Under the pieces are notes generated by a model. That model was not told where the DNA came from. It searched no databases and worked only from the letters and a program-made list of their open reading frames with translations. Made by a program: the position numbers and the translations under genes. From Octopus sinensis (lineage: Eukaryota), in NCBI RefSeq assembly GCF_006345805.1, contig NC_043006.1, positions 75,020,001-75,084,000 of the forward strand: 64,000 nucleotides of DNA. The letters run 5' to 3'. This document shows positions 36,511 to 50,322 of this stretch, piece by piece. Numbering within the stretch: position 1 is the stretch's first letter; every line of letters starts with the position of its first letter.

Positions 36511-39030
36511 AAGCCATGCTGGGACCAGACACGAGACTGAAGAGACCAGAAGGAATCATTTGCTCTCTGCAGCCTGAAAGATATTTAATCATCCAGGGAG
36601 CAAGAACGGTTGAGTGTGCTGCCCAGGTAGATAAACTTGTCTACCACTTTCAGAATTGTTCTGGCTCAACAGGATAGCTGGCTCCACATATGTATTTCCT
36701 GGTGCAGGCTGGAATATTGCAACAGTCTTGTCCAGGCTAATGCTGAGTCCAAATGCTTTGCAAGAAATAGAAATACGCTTCATAAGTATTTGTATGTCAT
36801 CCACTGTATGAGTGACTACGTCACTGTCATCTGCATAACGAAAGTCACGAACAAGAGACTGGAAAAGTTTTGAATTGGCAGTAAATCGGCGCAGATTAAA
36901 GAGGCGGCCAGAAGATCGATACCTAACATATATTCCGAGAGAGCTAACTTTAACAAAATCATGAATAAAAGCAGCAGCAAAGTACAAAGAAAAGAGAGTT
37001 AGGGCAAGGATGTCACCCTGGTTGACACCATTCTCTACAGGAATGGGTCCCGCCATGCCACCACCAACATTGACTCAAGCTTCCATCTCATCATGAAATG
37101 ATTGAATTATTGATACAAAGTGATCCGGACATCCAAGCTTGCCAAATATTTTCCATAGCAGGACCCTATTCACAGTATCAAAGGCCTTCGTTAAATCGAT
37201 GAATGCCTGAACAAGATCCATATTCTGCTCATAGCACTTCTCCTGCATCTGTCTTGCGGTGAACATTATATTCATTGTCCCTCTACCAGATCGGAAGCCA
37301 CTTTGAGATTCAGATAGGACATCATTTACGAGACACCTATTCAGGCAGGTAAGAAGAATATTTGCCAGAACCTTGCCAGCAGATGATAGTAGAGCAATAC
37401 CTCTGTAGTTACCACACATTATTCTGGCGCCTTTTCCTTTATAGAGAGGAAGAATAATTGCATCCTTCCAGCCTTGGGCATTGCACCATCCCTCCAGACT
37501 GCATTAATAAGTTCCTGAAGGGACTGTATGATGTAATCACCACCAAATCGCAAGACCTCAGCACAGATTTCATCCTTTTCAAGTGACCAACCAAAATTCA
37601 ATTTACTTATTAATGTCATTACCTCATCTATTGAGGGCGTGGAATTTAAAGAGCCAATGATAGGTATTTGTTGCATTGTATCAATCACTGATTTATCCAC
37701 AACTGACTCATGGTTTAGGAGTTCAAAGAAGTGTTCAATCCAGCGACCTGCGATTTCTGTTGATTTAGTAAATAGAGAAAACGCCTTGGAAAGCAAAGGA
37801 GCTGATGTGGAGCTCTTAGGCCCATAAACTTGTTTCATAAGATGGTAAAGCTTCTTGTTGTCATTTGCATCAGCAGCAGCCTGAACATCGCGAGCAAATC
37901 CTCCCACCAAGAGTTCTGCATCTTCCTGAGAGATCGCTGTAGTAGTTATTTTACACTGCTATAGTGGGCAAGTGCTAGATTTTGCTGCACAGCTGAAAGT
38001 CCTCTGTGAGGCAAAACATTGTGGGCATGGCGCTTTACAGCCAATAGTCGCAGAATTGCGGCATCATTTTCATCAAACCAGTCTCTGTGTCTGGCAGTAG
38101 TGTATCCCAGCGATTCAGCAGCACATTGAAGAACCTGGTCTCCAAAATCTTCCCATGCTGCAGTATTTTCAATGCTGAACAAGCGAGTCTGAAGCTCTTT
38201 CCTCAACACAGTATCGTATATCTTGTGGACATTCCGACGCAGAGGAATGCCGACTGGTCCTCTTCTCTCTTTCACTTTAATCATCATCGGAACTTTGCTC
38301 GCACCAGACAGTAGTCTGTCCAGCATTCCGATCATGAAAGGACTTTACATTACAAACGTCATAGATGTCACACTTGCGGATGATGACATAATCCAGCAAG
38401 TGACAAACTTTAGACCTTGGATGCATCTACATTGTTGTGATCACCTTTGTGCATAAAATGAGTGCTTGCAATGTAAAGTCCATGTTCATCGCAAAGCTCC
38501 AGCAGCATGAAACTATTGCTATTCGTTTTCCTTGCACCAAAACGTCCTAGAGAGTTCCATGTTTGCCAGGCTGTTCCCACCCTGGTATTGAAATCCCTCA
38601 GTAGAATGACTTTATCAGAACTAGGGATTTTCATAAGTATGGCTCTCAGCTGGGTATAAAAAATAGTTTTATCTTCATCACAACTAGTTAAAGTAGGTGC
38701 ATAGGCACTTATTAGAGTGGCAAACCGCCCATCTTTCAGGTGCAATCGCAGAGTCATTAGACTTTCATTTATAGGAACAGGAATCTCCTCCAACTTCTTA
38801 AGGATACAGGTAACTAAAGATTTAAAAAGCATTGTTGAAAAGGCACCGATTTTGAAAAGTGAGTTCGTGGGGAGCGATCGTTCCCCTTGGTCCCCTATTA
38901 GCTATGTCACTGACATATGGCCGAATACTCAAGAAGTTCACTTCGCAACCATGAGGTGCAGGCTCATTCCCTGTGTCTGGTATCTTAGGCAAATTACATT
39001 TTCTATAATCTTGTAAACGGCTTTAGGATG
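36510..39030 (-). mobile_element. RTE-clade LINE (APE endonuclease + RT), frameshifted, 3' end missing
   Basis: APE: ATLISAYAPTL..VILLRDFNTRVG. RT: NYRGIALLSSAGKVLA..QSGFRSGRGT..FIDLTKAFDTVNR..GVNQGDILA..YADD..FIYLGSTL. Confidence 0.95.
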
Positions 39031-39269
39031 ATGGGAACGGCATAGAATACCATCGGGTGGATTACACCCGCATATAAATAGGTAAAGACTTGTTACACAT
39101 TATAACACGCTCGTCTAACCTAAGAATGACTTTAAGGGAAATACATGTCTGCAGAATACTCAACCACTAGCACTTTATCAGAAACATGTAATTCACTTGA
39201 TTCAAGATTTGAATCCTCATCATCTTGCGACGGAGGTCCATCACCACCATCGCTGCCGCTGTATCAGCA

Positions 39270-39360
<91 letters not shown>

Positions 39361-39362
<2 letters not shown>

Positions 39363-39520
39363 CAGAAACATCACTGACGATGCGTTCCCTGAAATCCTCA
39401 ATATGTACCTTAAAAGGAATAAGGGAAAGTATTGTGGTAAGAAATTTGCTTCCCAGCCTCGTGGCTCTGGGTTCCAAGCAGTGATTCAGTCCCACTGCTT
39501 GGCACCTTGAGCAAGTGTCT

Positions 39521-39524
<4 letters not shown>
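39361..39524 (+). repeat. 164-bp direct copy of 40484-40648 embedded in (TCTA)n
   Basis: Only about four differences seen between the copies. Confidence 0.9.
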
Positions 39525-39598
<74 letters not shown>

Positions 39599-40052
39599 AA
39601 CGGAAATAACAGCAATAATATAACAACCAGTTAATGATGTGGATTAAAAAATATATCTCTAGCATATGAATATAAACAAATTACAGAATATCGGTACGCC
39701 TGGCAAACCTTGGCGTTTAAGCTGCATGCGGATTGGTTAGAACCATATTCTAAAAATTCAGCTTGTTGGAGCGTTCTAAAAGATACTAAAGTTGTCAAGA
39801 ACTCAGCTGTCAGTTAAAACACATTTGAAATCTGACGATTAATCTATGTATGAAAGCGATAATTTAACTTTATAAGCATTACAAAATATTTTTAAAAATG
39901 TTAAAATACCATAATAAAAAACGTGAAAACCAGACAATGCTTCAACTTTATTCAACTGATATATATATATATATATATATATTTCAAAATTATGATGCTC
40001 TGATGCTAGGTGTTTCCATTATTTTGTCCAACCCCTGTTTATATATCTTGGA

Positions 40053-40446
40053 GTGGAGGCGCAATGGCCCAGTGGTTAGGGCAGCGAACTCGCGGTCGTA
40101 GGGTCGCGGTTTCGATTCCCAGACCGGGCGTTGTGAGTGTTTATTGAGCGAAAACACCTAAAGCTCCACGAGGCTCCGGTGGGAGTGGGGATGGTGGTGA
40201 TCCCTGCTGTACTCTTTCACCACAACTTTCTCTCACTCTTACTTCCTGTTTCTGTTGTACCTGTATTTCAAAGGACCGGCCTTGTCACTCTCTGTGTCAC
40301 GCTGAATATCCCCGAGAACTACGTTAAGGGTACACGTGTCTGTGGAGTGCTCAGCCACTTACACGTTAATTTCACGAGAAGGCTGTTCCGTTGATTCGGA
40401 TCAACCGGAACCCTCTTCGTCGTAACCGACGGAGTGCTTCCATCCC
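40053..40446 (+). mobile_element. SINE head H1 + tail A
   Basis: 12-bp TSD ATATATCTTGGA at 40041-40052 and 40447-40458. Confidence 0.92.
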
Positions 40447-40549
40447 ATATATCTTGGACTTACTGGTGCAGCAAGTAGGAGACCTCAGAAACATCACTGA
40501 CGATGCATTCCCTGAAATCCTCAATATGTACCTTAAAAGGAATAAAAGG

Positions 40550-40930
40550 AAAGTATTGTGGTAAGAAATTTGCTTCCCAGCCTCGTGGCTCTGGGTTCCA
40601 AGCAGTGGTTCAGTCCCACTGCTTGGCACCTTGAGCAAGTGTCTTCTACCATTGGCTCGAGCCATCAAAAGCCTGAGAAGTGTATTTGACAGACGAAAAC
40701 TGAAAGAAGCCCGTCGTATATATTTTAATATATATTATATTATGCGTGTGTGTGTGTGTGTAATCGTCCCCAACCACCGCTTGAGAGCCGGTCTTGGTGT
40801 GTTTGCGTTCCCGTAAAGCGACCGCTAGAATAAGTACCAGGCTTTAAAAAATTGAGTGCTGGACTAAAATTCTTTAAAGGTGCAGCCCCAGCATGGCCGC
40901 AGTCTGTCTGAAATCAGTGAAAAAAAAACA
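40550..40930 (+). mobile_element. Family M SINE (diverged)
   Basis: Head, core and tail recognisable. Confidence 0.75.
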
Positions 40931-41459
40931 ATAAAAGAAAACATTTACCCCCACACACACACACACACAAACACACACATACACACACATACACTCACAC
41001 ACACACGCTCACACACACACTCACACACACTCAATCACACACGCAGCCCTACGTAATTCAATATGTCCGTTATTCAAGACATTTTCACTTGATACATTAA
41101 GAGAAAGATTTGGCTGCTATTTCTAACAGGCTGAACTCCTAACACAGAGAGGGGTTTTCGTAGTGATTTCGTCAGTGCTGCAGTCGTTTTATTTTGGCTG
41201 TTTATTACATGTCAGCACTTCTACTCTTTCCTCTTTCCATCTTTCACTCTACTTCACCTTTCGATGTCTCTTCATTCATTCCTGACGTCTTTCCTACTTC
41301 GATACCTTCTATCGTTGGTCTTTGCTTCATACATTCTTCTTTTTCTTCTTTGTTTTCCTCTCGCCGTTCTTTTTCTTTTTCTCTTTCATTTATTTCATTA
41401 TTATTATTATTTGTTTTTTCTTCCTTTTCTTCCTATTCTATTTTCTTTCACTTTTTGGT

Positions 41460-41541
41460 ATATATGTATATTATATCATACATATAAACGCGCACACACA
41501 CATATATATATATCATGTATATATATAAACATATATCTATA

Positions 41542-41578
<37 letters not shown>

Positions 41579-41773
41579 ACACACACAAAAACACACACAC
41601 ACACACATATATAGATGAATATAAGTGTATATGATATAAAAATATTTGTATTTATATAAAATATACATATACATACATGCCAATAATATATACATGCATA
41701 CATATGCATATATATGTGTGTATATATATATATGTATATATGCACATATATATATGTATTTATATACATATGC

Positions 41774-41817
<44 letters not shown>

Positions 41818-41894
41818 TTATATACATATGCATATATATATATGTATGTGTATATATATATACACACATATACATACATATACATACATATACG

Positions 41895-41925
<31 letters not shown>

Positions 41926-41956
41926 ATACATATATGCATATACATATATATGTACA

Positions 41957-41992
<36 letters not shown>

Positions 41993-42000
41993 GTGGAATA

Positions 42001-42043
<43 letters not shown>

Positions 42044-42150
42044 GTATTCTCCCTTTCTTTTTCTTTCTTTGCTCCATTCTTCTTGATTTCCAATTTCCTT
42101 CTCCCGCTTTGTTCATTTTTGGCTTTTTGTCCTTCAGCTTTTGTAGCCTT

Positions 42151-42212
<62 letters not shown>

Positions 42213-42477
42213 TTCGACCTCCCCCTACTCTTCTTTCTCTTCGTATTCCTCTTAAAAACTTCCACCTCCTTCTTTCTGATGGTGACCTTACAATGTCAAA
42301 GACATTGGCGATAGATGCGAAATGCATCTTGACCGCGTCCATATTCTCATAAGAACCGTATATACAAGAGCCACGCAGTTTTTGGCATTTCTCCCAGCCA
42401 TGATCCTCATTTCAAAGCCACTCAACCAAGGGAATTGCATTTTCTGTATGTATGCATGTATGTATGTATGTACGAAC

Positions 42478-42547
<70 letters not shown>

Positions 42548-42580
42548 GTCTGTCTGTCTGTCTGTTTGTCTATCTGTCTA

Positions 42581-42653
<73 letters not shown>

Positions 42654-42699
42654 ATGTCTCTCTATCTATCTATCTGTCTATCTATCTATCTGTCTGTCC

Positions 42700-42759
<60 letters not shown>

Positions 42760-43130
42760 GTCTGTCTGTCTGTCTGTCTGTCAGTCTGTCTGCCTGTCTG
42801 TCAGTCTGTCTGTCCGTCTACCAGTCTGTCAATGTCTGTATGTATGAATGCTTGTACATATGAAAGTATATCTATCTTTCTATCTATGTGGCCGTCAGCC
42901 TGCCTGTCTGTCTGTCTGTCTTTGTATCTATCTCCATGCACATTTGCACACACACACACACACACACACATACACACACATACACACATACACACACACA
43001 CACACACGTACACATGTAGCCAGGTAGATATACACATCCTTACATCTGTGTGTGTGTGTGTGTGAATGTGTGTGTGTGAATGTGTGTGTGTGTGTGAATG
43101 TGTGTGTGTGTGTGAATGTGTGTGTAGCAT
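41460..43130. repeat. Microsatellite block (TA, TACA, CTA, TCTA, TCTG, CA)
   Basis: Direct reading. Confidence 0.92.
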
Positions 43131-43294
43131 TTATTCCTTTATAGAATCGTTATAAAATACTTCTTGTCTTATTTTGTTCATGAAATTGTTCCTGATGTTT
43201 CTCCACACATTTGCTGACGTCACTGGTTTTTATATAGTCTTGGCCTTTCTCATTCACACACACGCACGTATATGCCTGTATGTGTGTGTATGCA

Positions 43295-43325
<31 letters not shown>

Positions 43326-43689
43326 TGGGTTTTTCTCTGTATACCTTCTCCATATGGAGAATTTCTTCACACCATCTACCTCCGATGTATATCTTCTTTA
43401 CCCTTCTTTTTCTTCTTCTTTTTCCTTGTCTTTTTCTTCTTTTTTTCTTGCATGTGCCCAATTAACTAAAAACTTGTTTTCGTCACTGCCATCGCTGCCT
43501 TCTCCCACGCAACCACCACCACCACCACCACCACCACCACCTACAACAACAGCAACAACAACAAACAGCAACACTACCGCCACCAGCACCACTAGTACTA
43601 ACACCACTGTCATCATTACTACCTTCGCTGCCCCGCCACTAGTACACCTACGATCACTACCAACACAGTCATCTCCGCCACTACCACTA

Positions 43690-44050
43690 TGACAACCACC
43701 ACCATCATCATCATCACCACCACCACCATCGCCACCACCTCCACGATTTCTGACACCAACATCATCAGCGCCATCACCATCATCATCATAACCACCACCA
43801 CCACCACCGCCACCACCACCACCACCACCTCCACGATTTCTGACACCAACATCATCACCATCATCACCACCACCACCATCGCCACCACCACCACCACCAC
43901 CTCCACGATTTCTGACACCAACATCATCACCATCATCACCACCACCACTATCGCCACCACCACCACCACCACCACCTCCACGATTTCTGACACCAACGTC
44001 ATCAGCGCTATCACCATCATCACCACCACCATCACCAGCATGACCACTAT
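43690..44050 (+). repeat. Minisatellite, four units anchored on CTCCACGATTTCTGACACCAAC in a CAC/CAT background
   Basis: Anchors near 43739, 43829, 43901 and 43976. Confidence 0.85.
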
Positions 44051-44539
44051 TTGTACCTTTTTTATCTTTATTATTACCAACACCTCAATACTGCTACCAC
44101 AGCGATTGATGCTACTAACACCACTACCACTGTCATCACCACCACCGCTACCTTTCTTCGCACCTTTAGTACCCCTGACGCCTCCACAGCCATCATCGCC
44201 ACAATCCTTATCACAGTACCACCACCACCACCACCACCTCCACCACAACCACCACGACCACTACCGCTTCTTGTAACCATTACCACCACAACCATCACCA
44301 TCATCATAACATCCAGCATCACTACTCATCCACTAGCAACAGCACCGTTACCGCGACCCCCAACACTGCCACCACTTCTACCCTTCTATTATTTCAAATT
44401 TATCTCTGTGAACATATTATTTACCCCCACCCGTTTCAAAGAAAAACGTGTTTATTTTCATTGCTGTTTATGCCTGTTGCTATTGCAGTACCAGAAACAA
44501 GATATTATTGATTACTTACTATGCTTCGAAGCCAGATAT

Positions 44540-45070
44540 TTGTGAAGGAGAGAACAATTTTGTCCAAAGTCGAAATAGTTGATACACCTGTATATCACTG
44601 GTACTATTTTAATGTTACTCACTTCGCCAGACAGATTAAAAGGTAAAACTCTAACTTTTAGCAAGTACGGTATTTTACGACTTGGAGAAGTTGGGAAAAA
44701 AGCCAAACTCATTATCTTCAATTTGGTTGTTGTGCCCATCCTCAAATATAGTCATTAATGTTGAGTAATGATCAAAAGAGTACGACTGTGAATACAAGCG
44801 GCCGCTGTGGTGTTCCTGCGAAGGATTTCTGGAGTAACGTTACTCGATAGAGTGCGTAGCTTGGACATCGGGGAGTCGTTCCAGGTCGAGCCATTATTTC
44901 TCTGCAATGGGAGGTCACAGCGCCGGTTCTACGGACATGTGATTAGGATGTCGTATGAAGAATCACAAAACGGATTCTTCAAGGCGGGCCAACCGGCAGG
45001 AAACCTAGGGGTAGATCAAGAACGAGGTGGTAACCTCAGTTTGAAGTCTAATGACGGTTGCTTCTAATAG
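44540..45070 (+). mobile_element. RTE-type LINE 3' fragment
   Basis: KAKLIIFNLVVVPILKY..IQAAAVVFLRRISGVTLLDRVRSLDI..VEPL..RSQRRFYGHVIRM. Confidence 0.82.
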
Positions 45071-45212
45071 GACCGTATGGATAAAATACCTGAGGACTCT
45101 ACCCTTACTACACACCCAAGAATTGTTCCATATCCAAGTACAGCAATGATAATGGGTATAAATATGAACTTGTAGTCCAGATAGAGTGGCTGAAATTGTA
45201 GTCCAGATAGAA

Positions 45213-45620
45213 GGTGGCGAGCTGGCAGAAACGTTAGCACGCCGAGCGAAATGCGTAGCTGTATTTCGTCTGCCGTTATGTTCTGAGTTCAAATTCCGCC
45301 GAGGTTGACTTTGCCTTTCATCCTTTCGGGGTCGATAAATTAAGTACCAGTTGCGCACTGGGGTCGATGTAATCGACTTAATTCGTTTGTCTGTCTTTGT
45401 TTGTCCCCTCTGTGTTTAGCTCCTTGTGGGTAGTAAAGAAATAGGTATTTCGTCTGCCGCTACGTTCTGAGTTCAAATTCCGCCGCGGTCGACTTTGCCT
45501 TTCATCCTTTCAGGGTCGATTAAATAAGTACCAGTTACGCACTGGGGACGATATCATCGACTTAATCCGTTTGCCTGTCCCCTCTGTGTGTAGCTCCTTG
45601 TGGGCAGTAAAGAAATAAGG
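45213..45620 (+). mobile_element. Family N SINE dimer
   Basis: Two cores. Confidence 0.85.
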
Positions 45621-46135
45621 CTGGCTGTTAATCTCTCAGTAGGACAGCCTAGGTGTCTTCCTTTCCGCTGGTCTTTCACTTTAGGTTGACATCCACTCGG
45701 CAACTGATTTTTTTCACCACTGAACATAGTTTCTCTTCTCTCTCCCAAGTCACTATGTCTTGTCTACTATGTTTGCACTTTATTGACGCTTTCATCAGTA
45801 CTCTTTCATATCATGAGTATTTACTGTCTCTACCACACAGTGGGTTCTTACCTCTTTAATCTCAGGATTTTCCTTGCGACATCATCTCATCAATTGGTAG
45901 AAGGCTAACTTCTTTTACCAGTATCCAACAATCAAGTCTCTTTCGGGTGTTTTTCCATCCAGAAAATTTTGAATTACAGTTGCAATGTTATCACTGGGTA
46001 TAATGCAGGCAAAATAATTAATCTGAATTTCTTCCAGCCACTGAACATCTCGACTAAACTCCTTCTCTTCGCACCAGATTTTTCTTCGGGAAGATTGTAT
46101 GTCTCCTCACGAACGATCTTCTATGATATTTACTG
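45620..46135 (-). mobile_element. R4/Dong subfamily 2 remnant with large internal deletion
   Basis: KIWCEEKEF..QWLEEI..KTPERDLIVGYW*KKL (pre-RT region) followed closely by KHSRQDIVTWEREEKLCSVV..ISCRVDVNLK (RLE). Confidence 0.7.
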
Positions 46136-46139
46136 CGTT

Positions 46140-46655
46140 TCTTCTTCTTCTTCTTCTTCTTCTTCTTCTTCTTCTTCTTCCAATCAGGACTCACGCCATT
46201 AGCCACAAAGAATAATCTCTGATTCAAGTCTACTCTAAGCTACTAAGAATGCGTGTGGCAACTTGAAGATCCACCCAGCACACGCGATAGACTAGCGGTT
46301 GCACGGGCGCGAAAGCTACGTTGTTATCCTCATTCCGTAAACGATGGTTTTTAACGGGTGGAGAGCTGAACCATCCTGGAGTACAGAGGATTCGCAATCT
46401 AGACTAGGGTCTGAAAGTTTACCACAGCACAGTGGGTTACACCATGTTTCCTCTGCTTTGTGGCAGAAGTAGGAAGAAAAAGTGAGAGAAAGTTGTGGTG
46501 AAAGAGTACAGCGGGGTCCCCCCCACCCCTCCCGGAGCCTCGTGGAGCATAGATGTTTTTGCTCAATAAACACTCGCAATACCCGGTCTGGGAATCGAAA
46601 CCACGTTCTTACGACCGCGAATCCGCTGCCCTAACCACTGGGCCATTGCCCCCAC
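46140..46655 (-). mobile_element. SINE head H1 + tail B
   Basis: Homologous to 32395-32850; (GAA)n tail. Confidence 0.87.
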
Positions 46656-47539
46656 TCTGCTGTCTCTGTCTGTACACCGCTGCTTAGCTCTTTTATTGTT
46701 TTTCTTTCGGTTTCTCTCCTCTAACGTTGGAGTTTCTTACTGGTGACTTTTATCCCCTGGTTGGGAGTGACCACTTTGCAATTGAGTGTTCTCTTTTCGT
46801 CATCACCAAACATTACTTTTATTGTCTTTCCACTTATTGATGGTCTCACCATCAATAAAACTATTCTATGATCATTGCTTCAATATTCAAATCATGTAAA
46901 AGATAGATCTAAAATATATACCGGCAAGATAGAATGAACTATGGAAAGCAAATCCTGCTAAAATTACCATTTGTGGTACATTGCTGTCCACGGTGTACCA
47001 AACAAATATGAGGCCAGCTTCACTGATTCTTTCCTGGGATATCACTGTTTAAATGGCCGTAGTCATTTACTGTGTATGTCTTAAATATGTATTTAATATT
47101 GGCGCACATATCTTTATTAACAGAGATGTCCAAATATGCAACACCAAACTATCTTGCTTGAATTTGACTAATAGTTAATATAAATTGCCTTATGGCAGTT
47201 ATTCTACAGTGAAAACAATACTAATGAAATAATACTTAGAATTATTAAGACATATTAAGACAGCGTGCAAAACTGGGGTGGGATGGAATGCATCCTAAGA
47301 GGTGTATGTTGTTGACGAGACAGAACCCAAAATAGTATCTTGAAATAAATATAGGTAATAGAAAGTCCATCGCATCGTAATAATGTGTGCGTGTATGTGC
47401 ATATACATATGTATGTGTGCGTGCGTGTGTGTATGTGTTTATATATATATATATATATATGTCCCAAAAATATGTATTCACTCTTTGACAGACGATTACA
47501 AATGTATTGTTTTATTTTATTTCAGACGCAACCAACCCT

Positions 47540-48000
47540 TCACAATAGCAAATGCACAACTAACGTTTGAGGAAAAAAAATTATATTAAAGTGCTACTGG
47601 AAGCATGAAAATGTCACGGAAGTGCAAAGACAATTTAACAGACAGTTTCAGAAGACACCACCAACAAGACGTACTATTGCTCGCATCAGAAATAAATTTG
47701 AAGCATATGGAACACTTCAGAACGTTAGTAAGTAGCGTTCGGGAAGACCACGAACATCCACCAGCCCCAATAGACACAACCAATTAATGGAAACCCTTTC
47801 CCGAACCCCAAAGAAATCCGTAAGACAATTGAGTCGTGAGATAGGAATCCCAAAATCGAGTGTTCATCGGATGTTGAAACGAGCTCATTGGAAAAGTTAC
47901 GTTCCAACATTAATTCAAGCCCCCAGTGAAGATGATCCTGATCAGAGAGTTCAATTTTGTGAATGGTATCTGAACAAATTCGCAGAGGATGTACGGGCTT
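47540..48000 (+). mobile_element. Tc1/mariner-superfamily transposase N-terminal remnant (DUF4817-like HTH type)
   Basis: [71 protein letters not shown]; one frameshift, one stop. Confidence 0.85.
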
Positions 48001-48899
48001 TGAGCCATGCACAGAGTTCAAATTTATATCGCGTAGCAGAAGATGTTTTACATGAGATTACTATATTGTCAGTAAGTAGTACGGCATCGTGCTTATATTG
48101 CACATGTATGAATCTCATATTAATCCACGAATGAACGTTATATATATATTTTTTACTTGAACTTGCTGTAAGTTTAGTGTACGTACAATAATAATCTTTG
48201 CTTTCACCTAAGCTATCTTGCTTTTCTTCTTTAATTGATACTTATCGGCGTAACAATCGTTTGATTCATCCGCAATTAGGTTTTATAATTCACATTTGAT
48301 ATTTCGATAATAACTTTCACATAGTTTGAATTACTTAATGATCGTACATAAAACAATGCGGATTAAGAAACAAGGAAAGAAAAAGAAAAAAACAAATACG
48401 ATCACTCGTAATCGATAATGGAAGCAACAATGTGGCGTCGGATCAACTAGTTTTACAAATTTTATCCATTCTCAAGTTTTATTTATCGAAGAATTTTATC
48501 ACATTATTAGAAATAAATTAGAAATAAATTAAAAAATACATCTACGTCTGAACTTCATTATTTTTTTTTTATTCATTGAACTGTTAAGAGTAATGTCAAT
48601 ACAATTGTCTGTTTGGTATTTGCCATTTGAAATCATGAAGTGTTAAGTACTGCCGCGTTAATTCAAAATACAAACGGAAGCTTCCAGAATCACTCTGTAT
48701 GTGTTCAATTTTATGCAGCATTTCACCATTTCCGTTCACAAAAATGGAGCAAGTAAAAGAAACACAAACCATCCTATACCCTTAACAAATGTGTGTATGT
48801 GTATACCCGTTCGTAAGTGTGTCAATATTGTTATTCTTTTAAACATGATACATTGGTTTCAAATTGTGGTAAAAATCCAGCAAATTTGGGGTATAAGGA

Positions 48900-49453
48900 T
48901 ATAGCCGATGACACCGACCCCCAGTACTCAACTGGTACTTATTTTATCGACCCCGAGAAGAATAAAAAGAAAAGCCAATCTCAGCGGCATTTGAACTCAG
49001 AACGTAAAATCTGATGAAATGTCACTCAGCTTTTTGCCCGGTGCAGTAACGATTCTTTTCTACTAAGGACATAAGGCTCGAAATTTGGGGGGAGTGGTCC
49101 AGTCGATTAGATCGACCCCAGCACGTAACTGGTACTTAATTTATCGACCCCGAAAGGATGAAAGGCAAAGTCGACCTCGATGGAATAATTTGAACTCAAC
49201 GTAAAGACAGACGAAATGCCTATTTCTTTACTACCCACAAGGGGCTAAACACAGAGGGGACAAACAAGGACAAACAAACGGATTAAGTTGATTATATTGT
49301 CTCCAGTGCGTAACTGGTACTTATTTAATCGACCCCGAAAGGATGAAAGGCAAAGTCAATCTCGGCGGAATTTGAACTCAGAACGTAGCGGCCGACGAAA
49401 TACTGCTAAGAATTTCGCCCGTCGTGCTAATGTTTCTGCCAGCTTGCCGCCTT

Positions 49454-49455
<2 letters not shown>
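48900..49455 (-). mobile_element. Family N SINE array
   Basis: Three cores, one partial. Confidence 0.83.
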
Positions 49456-49487
<32 letters not shown>

Positions 49488-49512
49488 GCAACAATAATAA
49501 TAATAATAATAA

Positions 49513-50050
49513 TGCAGTACCAAGCAGTGGCTTCTAATCTTAACTGATTGGAAGTGTTATCATGTACATTGTTTTGTCTTGGTATAAAAGATGGGGTACA
49601 GCAAATATTCTGCTCAATACCACAGATTTGCTTGTCAGTTGTTTGACCATAACCAGTTGAGCATGTCCCTTAGTAGCTGACGATATGTGCATCTCTGATC
49701 ACGAGCAGAAGTAGTGGGGGAGCATCATAACCATGTATTGAGAAGGATTCTTTGGGGTTTGAATAATTCACCTCTAGAAACATGGGTGTTTCGTTCAACA
49801 TCCTTAAACAACCCTTATTCAGGGACCTTTTGAGTGGAATGGGTTACTCGACCTGAAGAAAATTCTGACTGGGCTCCACCTGAAAGGTTATGTGCTGTTT
49901 ATCTTGATATGAGATCACCATTTTGCTCACATATGGTTGTGATGCATGTGCCTGGTGTACCTTTATCAGACGGGTAGTCATGATGGCTATACTGGGCTTC
50001 GTATATTTCTATCCCAGTGTCACTTTGATAGCATGCACTGCTCTCTCATT
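49513..50050. other. Unclassified ~540-bp insert between (AAT)n tracts
   Basis: Higher-complexity block bounded by AAT microsatellites; single copy in this window. Confidence 0.3.
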
Positions 50051-50051
50051 C

Positions 50052-50080
<29 letters not shown>

Positions 50081-50083
<3 letters not shown>

Positions 50084-50252
50084 TATACAACATACAGAAA
50101 ATTGCACTACTGGGCGCTGCACACATCCAATGCAAAACACTTTCAATACAGTAACCATAAGAGCATCACAGCAAACCACAGCACATACCCAAAGTACACA
50201 GAGCTGCGCTCGGTAGTGAAGAGAAAGCAAGTTATAAAAATAAAACTACTGA
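50081..50252 (+). mobile_element. Dong subfamily 1, short 3' end
   Basis: Matches 50733-50897; (AAT)n on both sides. Confidence 0.88.
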
Positions 50253-50261
50253 ATAACGATG

Positions 50262-50320
<59 letters not shown>

Positions 50321-50322
<2 letters not shown>

